From assembly GCA_000004985.1 (NCBI GenBank), contig GG738899.1: a stretch of 64,000 bases of DNA. The stretch is one strand, 5' to 3'. The stretch comes from Naegleria gruberi. Lineage: Eukaryota. Under the pieces are notes generated by a model. The model did not search any database, was not told the DNA's origin, and saw nothing but the letters and a program-made list of their open reading frames with translations. The position numbers and the translations under genes are program-made. Positions 54,637-64,000 of this stretch are shown piece by piece (within the stretch, counting starts at the first letter, position 1; each line of letters starts with the position of its first letter).

Positions 54637-56201
54637 GTGATTCAACTTATTGTACAGCAGGCACTCCAACTATTCTCAATCCATCTGATCCTGCAAATAC
54701 AAGAATCATCAGAGTTCAACCAATTAAGGGATCTTGTAATTCTCAAAAATTCGTTTATGGTATCAAATCTGATTCTGATTCAACAACTGCCACAGCTATT
54801 GTTACAGTTTCTTATACCAAATGTACATGTTCTTTGAATATGGATATTGTATTTGTTTTGGATGGTAGTTCATCTATTGATGCAGGAAATTGGATTAACA
54901 TGCAAAACTTTGCATCCAATTTAACTGTTGGATTTGGTTCAAACATTTCACCAACTGCCACCAAGATTGGTATCATTCAATTCTCTACAACAACTGTAAC
55001 TCACTTGGATTTGAAAGATGGTACTTCCAAGACAGCTGTTCTTAATGCCATTTCATCAGCTGGTCAACTCAAATCCAGTACCAACTCAATTTTAGGTATT
55101 AACAATGCTGTTTCAATGGTTTTAAGTCAAGGTAGAAAGGATATCACTAGAAAACTCTTAATTCACATTACAGATGGTATGTCCAATTTACCTTGTGGTA
55201 TGGGAGCTTGTCGTGCCATGTATGGTAGTGATAAGTCATTATATGGATCTGTTCCTAATTATTGTAAATCACCTCGTTTCCCAGGTACTGATGCAACAAT
55301 ATGCTCATGGAATGAGCCACTCAGTAGATGTAATCCTTGTTCTGATGCTACTCTTAGATCAACTGATTTGAATTCTTGGACAGTTGGAGGTGCTTCAAAT
55401 CCAGAAAAATCAACTTATGGATCTATTTGGAATTGGAGACAATTAGTTGTAGGTATTGGTGATGGTTTGAGTTCAGGGTATGGACAACTTCAAATTCAAA
55501 AGATGAATTACGATCCAAACAATTTAATTGTTGTCGATTGGTCTGATTTGAGCTCTGTTTATCAAACTGTTATTGATAATAGTTGTAATCTTGTCGATTC
55601 CACTCAAACCAACGTTCTTGTTCCACTTTCAAGTTCTGGATATTCTATTCAATATCTTGGAAAGACATTGTCCAAATCAAGTTACCTTAATTATGAAGCA
55701 ACCATTTCAACATTCACTTATCGTGTTAGTGTCTCTTCATCAGCACCTGCTTTACAAAGATTTACCTTAGGATTACAACCTGGTTACAATCAAGATAACT
55801 TTGTAAATTATGATCCATACTTCCCAGTTTTCATTGGTCAAGACACTACCACTAATTTGAATGGTTTCACTTTCTTATCACTTCCAAATTCATATACAAT
55901 TGCAGCTGGTTCATCAGATACCTATACATTGAGTATTGCTGGTGATATTCCTGAAGGTGTTATTACTTATGGTATGTCGGGTGGTTCACAATACACACAA
56001 GGAACTGTTAAGGGACCAAGTGGAGTGATCAACTCAACCACAGTTGCTCTTCCACCAAATATTAATTACGGTGATGATTCAAGTTATAGAACTACCTATT
56101 GTTCCTCAACCAAATGTTATTTCTTTACCAAGATGAATTATGCCTATCGTATTGAAGCAATGAGTAAGATTTGTAAATATTGGTCTGCCAATGCAACACT
56201 A
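54637..56201 (+). repeat. Near-identical duplicate (over 99.8 percent) of 38592-40156, the vWA to C-type-lectin part of the giant adhesin gene, bounded by assembly gaps
   Basis: The 1565-nt collinear match has an offset of 16045. Only about 3 substitutions were seen by eye, e.g. tattgtaaGtcacc versus tattgtaaAtcacc. N runs lie at 54586-54636 and 56202-64000. Confidence 0.9.
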
Positions 56202-59200
56202 NNNNNNNNNNNNNNNNNNNNNNNNNNNNNNNNNNNNNNNNNNNNNNNNNNNNNNNNNNNNNNNNNNNNNNNNNNNNNNNNNNNNNNNNNNNNNNNNNNN
56301 NNNNNNNNNNNNNNNNNNNNNNNNNNNNNNNNNNNNNNNNNNNNNNNNNNNNNNNNNNNNNNNNNNNNNNNNNNNNNNNNNNNNNNNNNNNNNNNNNNNN
56401 NNNNNNNNNNNNNNNNNNNNNNNNNNNNNNNNNNNNNNNNNNNNNNNNNNNNNNNNNNNNNNNNNNNNNNNNNNNNNNNNNNNNNNNNNNNNNNNNNNNN
56501 NNNNNNNNNNNNNNNNNNNNNNNNNNNNNNNNNNNNNNNNNNNNNNNNNNNNNNNNNNNNNNNNNNNNNNNNNNNNNNNNNNNNNNNNNNNNNNNNNNNN
56601 NNNNNNNNNNNNNNNNNNNNNNNNNNNNNNNNNNNNNNNNNNNNNNNNNNNNNNNNNNNNNNNNNNNNNNNNNNNNNNNNNNNNNNNNNNNNNNNNNNNN
56701 NNNNNNNNNNNNNNNNNNNNNNNNNNNNNNNNNNNNNNNNNNNNNNNNNNNNNNNNNNNNNNNNNNNNNNNNNNNNNNNNNNNNNNNNNNNNNNNNNNNN
56801 NNNNNNNNNNNNNNNNNNNNNNNNNNNNNNNNNNNNNNNNNNNNNNNNNNNNNNNNNNNNNNNNNNNNNNNNNNNNNNNNNNNNNNNNNNNNNNNNNNNN
56901 NNNNNNNNNNNNNNNNNNNNNNNNNNNNNNNNNNNNNNNNNNNNNNNNNNNNNNNNNNNNNNNNNNNNNNNNNNNNNNNNNNNNNNNNNNNNNNNNNNNN
57001 NNNNNNNNNNNNNNNNNNNNNNNNNNNNNNNNNNNNNNNNNNNNNNNNNNNNNNNNNNNNNNNNNNNNNNNNNNNNNNNNNNNNNNNNNNNNNNNNNNNN
57101 NNNNNNNNNNNNNNNNNNNNNNNNNNNNNNNNNNNNNNNNNNNNNNNNNNNNNNNNNNNNNNNNNNNNNNNNNNNNNNNNNNNNNNNNNNNNNNNNNNNN
57201 NNNNNNNNNNNNNNNNNNNNNNNNNNNNNNNNNNNNNNNNNNNNNNNNNNNNNNNNNNNNNNNNNNNNNNNNNNNNNNNNNNNNNNNNNNNNNNNNNNNN
57301 NNNNNNNNNNNNNNNNNNNNNNNNNNNNNNNNNNNNNNNNNNNNNNNNNNNNNNNNNNNNNNNNNNNNNNNNNNNNNNNNNNNNNNNNNNNNNNNNNNNN
57401 NNNNNNNNNNNNNNNNNNNNNNNNNNNNNNNNNNNNNNNNNNNNNNNNNNNNNNNNNNNNNNNNNNNNNNNNNNNNNNNNNNNNNNNNNNNNNNNNNNNN
57501 NNNNNNNNNNNNNNNNNNNNNNNNNNNNNNNNNNNNNNNNNNNNNNNNNNNNNNNNNNNNNNNNNNNNNNNNNNNNNNNNNNNNNNNNNNNNNNNNNNNN
57601 NNNNNNNNNNNNNNNNNNNNNNNNNNNNNNNNNNNNNNNNNNNNNNNNNNNNNNNNNNNNNNNNNNNNNNNNNNNNNNNNNNNNNNNNNNNNNNNNNNNN
57701 NNNNNNNNNNNNNNNNNNNNNNNNNNNNNNNNNNNNNNNNNNNNNNNNNNNNNNNNNNNNNNNNNNNNNNNNNNNNNNNNNNNNNNNNNNNNNNNNNNNN
57801 NNNNNNNNNNNNNNNNNNNNNNNNNNNNNNNNNNNNNNNNNNNNNNNNNNNNNNNNNNNNNNNNNNNNNNNNNNNNNNNNNNNNNNNNNNNNNNNNNNNN
57901 NNNNNNNNNNNNNNNNNNNNNNNNNNNNNNNNNNNNNNNNNNNNNNNNNNNNNNNNNNNNNNNNNNNNNNNNNNNNNNNNNNNNNNNNNNNNNNNNNNNN
58001 NNNNNNNNNNNNNNNNNNNNNNNNNNNNNNNNNNNNNNNNNNNNNNNNNNNNNNNNNNNNNNNNNNNNNNNNNNNNNNNNNNNNNNNNNNNNNNNNNNNN
58101 NNNNNNNNNNNNNNNNNNNNNNNNNNNNNNNNNNNNNNNNNNNNNNNNNNNNNNNNNNNNNNNNNNNNNNNNNNNNNNNNNNNNNNNNNNNNNNNNNNNN
58201 NNNNNNNNNNNNNNNNNNNNNNNNNNNNNNNNNNNNNNNNNNNNNNNNNNNNNNNNNNNNNNNNNNNNNNNNNNNNNNNNNNNNNNNNNNNNNNNNNNNN
58301 NNNNNNNNNNNNNNNNNNNNNNNNNNNNNNNNNNNNNNNNNNNNNNNNNNNNNNNNNNNNNNNNNNNNNNNNNNNNNNNNNNNNNNNNNNNNNNNNNNNN
58401 NNNNNNNNNNNNNNNNNNNNNNNNNNNNNNNNNNNNNNNNNNNNNNNNNNNNNNNNNNNNNNNNNNNNNNNNNNNNNNNNNNNNNNNNNNNNNNNNNNNN
58501 NNNNNNNNNNNNNNNNNNNNNNNNNNNNNNNNNNNNNNNNNNNNNNNNNNNNNNNNNNNNNNNNNNNNNNNNNNNNNNNNNNNNNNNNNNNNNNNNNNNN
58601 NNNNNNNNNNNNNNNNNNNNNNNNNNNNNNNNNNNNNNNNNNNNNNNNNNNNNNNNNNNNNNNNNNNNNNNNNNNNNNNNNNNNNNNNNNNNNNNNNNNN
58701 NNNNNNNNNNNNNNNNNNNNNNNNNNNNNNNNNNNNNNNNNNNNNNNNNNNNNNNNNNNNNNNNNNNNNNNNNNNNNNNNNNNNNNNNNNNNNNNNNNNN
58801 NNNNNNNNNNNNNNNNNNNNNNNNNNNNNNNNNNNNNNNNNNNNNNNNNNNNNNNNNNNNNNNNNNNNNNNNNNNNNNNNNNNNNNNNNNNNNNNNNNNN
58901 NNNNNNNNNNNNNNNNNNNNNNNNNNNNNNNNNNNNNNNNNNNNNNNNNNNNNNNNNNNNNNNNNNNNNNNNNNNNNNNNNNNNNNNNNNNNNNNNNNNN
59001 NNNNNNNNNNNNNNNNNNNNNNNNNNNNNNNNNNNNNNNNNNNNNNNNNNNNNNNNNNNNNNNNNNNNNNNNNNNNNNNNNNNNNNNNNNNNNNNNNNNN
59101 NNNNNNNNNNNNNNNNNNNNNNNNNNNNNNNNNNNNNNNNNNNNNNNNNNNNNNNNNNNNNNNNNNNNNNNNNNNNNNNNNNNNNNNNNNNNNNNNNNNN

Positions 59201-62200
59201 NNNNNNNNNNNNNNNNNNNNNNNNNNNNNNNNNNNNNNNNNNNNNNNNNNNNNNNNNNNNNNNNNNNNNNNNNNNNNNNNNNNNNNNNNNNNNNNNNNNN
59301 NNNNNNNNNNNNNNNNNNNNNNNNNNNNNNNNNNNNNNNNNNNNNNNNNNNNNNNNNNNNNNNNNNNNNNNNNNNNNNNNNNNNNNNNNNNNNNNNNNNN
59401 NNNNNNNNNNNNNNNNNNNNNNNNNNNNNNNNNNNNNNNNNNNNNNNNNNNNNNNNNNNNNNNNNNNNNNNNNNNNNNNNNNNNNNNNNNNNNNNNNNNN
59501 NNNNNNNNNNNNNNNNNNNNNNNNNNNNNNNNNNNNNNNNNNNNNNNNNNNNNNNNNNNNNNNNNNNNNNNNNNNNNNNNNNNNNNNNNNNNNNNNNNNN
59601 NNNNNNNNNNNNNNNNNNNNNNNNNNNNNNNNNNNNNNNNNNNNNNNNNNNNNNNNNNNNNNNNNNNNNNNNNNNNNNNNNNNNNNNNNNNNNNNNNNNN
59701 NNNNNNNNNNNNNNNNNNNNNNNNNNNNNNNNNNNNNNNNNNNNNNNNNNNNNNNNNNNNNNNNNNNNNNNNNNNNNNNNNNNNNNNNNNNNNNNNNNNN
59801 NNNNNNNNNNNNNNNNNNNNNNNNNNNNNNNNNNNNNNNNNNNNNNNNNNNNNNNNNNNNNNNNNNNNNNNNNNNNNNNNNNNNNNNNNNNNNNNNNNNN
59901 NNNNNNNNNNNNNNNNNNNNNNNNNNNNNNNNNNNNNNNNNNNNNNNNNNNNNNNNNNNNNNNNNNNNNNNNNNNNNNNNNNNNNNNNNNNNNNNNNNNN
60001 NNNNNNNNNNNNNNNNNNNNNNNNNNNNNNNNNNNNNNNNNNNNNNNNNNNNNNNNNNNNNNNNNNNNNNNNNNNNNNNNNNNNNNNNNNNNNNNNNNNN
60101 NNNNNNNNNNNNNNNNNNNNNNNNNNNNNNNNNNNNNNNNNNNNNNNNNNNNNNNNNNNNNNNNNNNNNNNNNNNNNNNNNNNNNNNNNNNNNNNNNNNN
60201 NNNNNNNNNNNNNNNNNNNNNNNNNNNNNNNNNNNNNNNNNNNNNNNNNNNNNNNNNNNNNNNNNNNNNNNNNNNNNNNNNNNNNNNNNNNNNNNNNNNN
60301 NNNNNNNNNNNNNNNNNNNNNNNNNNNNNNNNNNNNNNNNNNNNNNNNNNNNNNNNNNNNNNNNNNNNNNNNNNNNNNNNNNNNNNNNNNNNNNNNNNNN
60401 NNNNNNNNNNNNNNNNNNNNNNNNNNNNNNNNNNNNNNNNNNNNNNNNNNNNNNNNNNNNNNNNNNNNNNNNNNNNNNNNNNNNNNNNNNNNNNNNNNNN
60501 NNNNNNNNNNNNNNNNNNNNNNNNNNNNNNNNNNNNNNNNNNNNNNNNNNNNNNNNNNNNNNNNNNNNNNNNNNNNNNNNNNNNNNNNNNNNNNNNNNNN
60601 NNNNNNNNNNNNNNNNNNNNNNNNNNNNNNNNNNNNNNNNNNNNNNNNNNNNNNNNNNNNNNNNNNNNNNNNNNNNNNNNNNNNNNNNNNNNNNNNNNNN
60701 NNNNNNNNNNNNNNNNNNNNNNNNNNNNNNNNNNNNNNNNNNNNNNNNNNNNNNNNNNNNNNNNNNNNNNNNNNNNNNNNNNNNNNNNNNNNNNNNNNNN
60801 NNNNNNNNNNNNNNNNNNNNNNNNNNNNNNNNNNNNNNNNNNNNNNNNNNNNNNNNNNNNNNNNNNNNNNNNNNNNNNNNNNNNNNNNNNNNNNNNNNNN
60901 NNNNNNNNNNNNNNNNNNNNNNNNNNNNNNNNNNNNNNNNNNNNNNNNNNNNNNNNNNNNNNNNNNNNNNNNNNNNNNNNNNNNNNNNNNNNNNNNNNNN
61001 NNNNNNNNNNNNNNNNNNNNNNNNNNNNNNNNNNNNNNNNNNNNNNNNNNNNNNNNNNNNNNNNNNNNNNNNNNNNNNNNNNNNNNNNNNNNNNNNNNNN
61101 NNNNNNNNNNNNNNNNNNNNNNNNNNNNNNNNNNNNNNNNNNNNNNNNNNNNNNNNNNNNNNNNNNNNNNNNNNNNNNNNNNNNNNNNNNNNNNNNNNNN
61201 NNNNNNNNNNNNNNNNNNNNNNNNNNNNNNNNNNNNNNNNNNNNNNNNNNNNNNNNNNNNNNNNNNNNNNNNNNNNNNNNNNNNNNNNNNNNNNNNNNNN
61301 NNNNNNNNNNNNNNNNNNNNNNNNNNNNNNNNNNNNNNNNNNNNNNNNNNNNNNNNNNNNNNNNNNNNNNNNNNNNNNNNNNNNNNNNNNNNNNNNNNNN
61401 NNNNNNNNNNNNNNNNNNNNNNNNNNNNNNNNNNNNNNNNNNNNNNNNNNNNNNNNNNNNNNNNNNNNNNNNNNNNNNNNNNNNNNNNNNNNNNNNNNNN
61501 NNNNNNNNNNNNNNNNNNNNNNNNNNNNNNNNNNNNNNNNNNNNNNNNNNNNNNNNNNNNNNNNNNNNNNNNNNNNNNNNNNNNNNNNNNNNNNNNNNNN
61601 NNNNNNNNNNNNNNNNNNNNNNNNNNNNNNNNNNNNNNNNNNNNNNNNNNNNNNNNNNNNNNNNNNNNNNNNNNNNNNNNNNNNNNNNNNNNNNNNNNNN
61701 NNNNNNNNNNNNNNNNNNNNNNNNNNNNNNNNNNNNNNNNNNNNNNNNNNNNNNNNNNNNNNNNNNNNNNNNNNNNNNNNNNNNNNNNNNNNNNNNNNNN
61801 NNNNNNNNNNNNNNNNNNNNNNNNNNNNNNNNNNNNNNNNNNNNNNNNNNNNNNNNNNNNNNNNNNNNNNNNNNNNNNNNNNNNNNNNNNNNNNNNNNNN
61901 NNNNNNNNNNNNNNNNNNNNNNNNNNNNNNNNNNNNNNNNNNNNNNNNNNNNNNNNNNNNNNNNNNNNNNNNNNNNNNNNNNNNNNNNNNNNNNNNNNNN
62001 NNNNNNNNNNNNNNNNNNNNNNNNNNNNNNNNNNNNNNNNNNNNNNNNNNNNNNNNNNNNNNNNNNNNNNNNNNNNNNNNNNNNNNNNNNNNNNNNNNNN
62101 NNNNNNNNNNNNNNNNNNNNNNNNNNNNNNNNNNNNNNNNNNNNNNNNNNNNNNNNNNNNNNNNNNNNNNNNNNNNNNNNNNNNNNNNNNNNNNNNNNNN

Positions 62201-64000
62201 NNNNNNNNNNNNNNNNNNNNNNNNNNNNNNNNNNNNNNNNNNNNNNNNNNNNNNNNNNNNNNNNNNNNNNNNNNNNNNNNNNNNNNNNNNNNNNNNNNNN
62301 NNNNNNNNNNNNNNNNNNNNNNNNNNNNNNNNNNNNNNNNNNNNNNNNNNNNNNNNNNNNNNNNNNNNNNNNNNNNNNNNNNNNNNNNNNNNNNNNNNNN
62401 NNNNNNNNNNNNNNNNNNNNNNNNNNNNNNNNNNNNNNNNNNNNNNNNNNNNNNNNNNNNNNNNNNNNNNNNNNNNNNNNNNNNNNNNNNNNNNNNNNNN
62501 NNNNNNNNNNNNNNNNNNNNNNNNNNNNNNNNNNNNNNNNNNNNNNNNNNNNNNNNNNNNNNNNNNNNNNNNNNNNNNNNNNNNNNNNNNNNNNNNNNNN
62601 NNNNNNNNNNNNNNNNNNNNNNNNNNNNNNNNNNNNNNNNNNNNNNNNNNNNNNNNNNNNNNNNNNNNNNNNNNNNNNNNNNNNNNNNNNNNNNNNNNNN
62701 NNNNNNNNNNNNNNNNNNNNNNNNNNNNNNNNNNNNNNNNNNNNNNNNNNNNNNNNNNNNNNNNNNNNNNNNNNNNNNNNNNNNNNNNNNNNNNNNNNNN
62801 NNNNNNNNNNNNNNNNNNNNNNNNNNNNNNNNNNNNNNNNNNNNNNNNNNNNNNNNNNNNNNNNNNNNNNNNNNNNNNNNNNNNNNNNNNNNNNNNNNNN
62901 NNNNNNNNNNNNNNNNNNNNNNNNNNNNNNNNNNNNNNNNNNNNNNNNNNNNNNNNNNNNNNNNNNNNNNNNNNNNNNNNNNNNNNNNNNNNNNNNNNNN
63001 NNNNNNNNNNNNNNNNNNNNNNNNNNNNNNNNNNNNNNNNNNNNNNNNNNNNNNNNNNNNNNNNNNNNNNNNNNNNNNNNNNNNNNNNNNNNNNNNNNNN
63101 NNNNNNNNNNNNNNNNNNNNNNNNNNNNNNNNNNNNNNNNNNNNNNNNNNNNNNNNNNNNNNNNNNNNNNNNNNNNNNNNNNNNNNNNNNNNNNNNNNNN
63201 NNNNNNNNNNNNNNNNNNNNNNNNNNNNNNNNNNNNNNNNNNNNNNNNNNNNNNNNNNNNNNNNNNNNNNNNNNNNNNNNNNNNNNNNNNNNNNNNNNNN
63301 NNNNNNNNNNNNNNNNNNNNNNNNNNNNNNNNNNNNNNNNNNNNNNNNNNNNNNNNNNNNNNNNNNNNNNNNNNNNNNNNNNNNNNNNNNNNNNNNNNNN
63401 NNNNNNNNNNNNNNNNNNNNNNNNNNNNNNNNNNNNNNNNNNNNNNNNNNNNNNNNNNNNNNNNNNNNNNNNNNNNNNNNNNNNNNNNNNNNNNNNNNNN
63501 NNNNNNNNNNNNNNNNNNNNNNNNNNNNNNNNNNNNNNNNNNNNNNNNNNNNNNNNNNNNNNNNNNNNNNNNNNNNNNNNNNNNNNNNNNNNNNNNNNNN
63601 NNNNNNNNNNNNNNNNNNNNNNNNNNNNNNNNNNNNNNNNNNNNNNNNNNNNNNNNNNNNNNNNNNNNNNNNNNNNNNNNNNNNNNNNNNNNNNNNNNNN
63701 NNNNNNNNNNNNNNNNNNNNNNNNNNNNNNNNNNNNNNNNNNNNNNNNNNNNNNNNNNNNNNNNNNNNNNNNNNNNNNNNNNNNNNNNNNNNNNNNNNNN
63801 NNNNNNNNNNNNNNNNNNNNNNNNNNNNNNNNNNNNNNNNNNNNNNNNNNNNNNNNNNNNNNNNNNNNNNNNNNNNNNNNNNNNNNNNNNNNNNNNNNNN
63901 NNNNNNNNNNNNNNNNNNNNNNNNNNNNNNNNNNNNNNNNNNNNNNNNNNNNNNNNNNNNNNNNNNNNNNNNNNNNNNNNNNNNNNNNNNNNNNNNNNNN
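56202..64000. other. Assembly gap (N run)
   Basis: Continuous Ns to the end of the window. There is also a 51-nt N gap at 54586-54636. Confidence 1.

Overview
This is a eukaryotic nuclear window from a social-amoeba-like (dictyostelid-type) genome, not prokaryotic. It is AT-rich, uses TAA stops, has Asn/Ser/Thr-rich low-complexity coding regions, and has many short GT..AG introns (about 40-55 nt, a few 100-220 nt). About 54.6 kb is real sequence; there is a 51-nt N gap at 54586-54636 and an N run from 56202 to the end. I can support about 35 protein-coding genes, three tRNA genes, one actin pseudogene fragment and several local duplications. Genes recognised from their sequence include RhoGDI, a Rac-family GTPase, a UvrD-type helicase, RPA2, PI synthase, a SCY1-like pseudokinase, a TRAP-like acid phosphatase, PUS1-like, UFL1, dynein light chain LC8, NSRP1-like, SPCS1, and F-box, RCC1, SPFH, TLDc and C2 domain proteins. 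The standout locus is a single 11-kb exon (29177-40450) encoding a roughly 3700-aa membrane-anchored giant adhesin-like protein. It carries about 25-30 tandem bacterial-type cadherin-like/VCBS (NDxDxDGD) repeats, an embedded ice-binding-like (DUF3494-type) domain, a vWA domain and a C-terminal C-type lectin domain. Its vWA-lectin end is duplicated at over 99.8 percent identity between assembly gaps at 54637-56201. A second notable item is an intact tRNA-Lys-like gene whose anticodon reads UUA (ochre-suppressor-like), in a genome that uses TAA as its main stop codon. Many 'M' starts in the supplied ORF track are TTG artefacts, so start codons were re-derived where possible.
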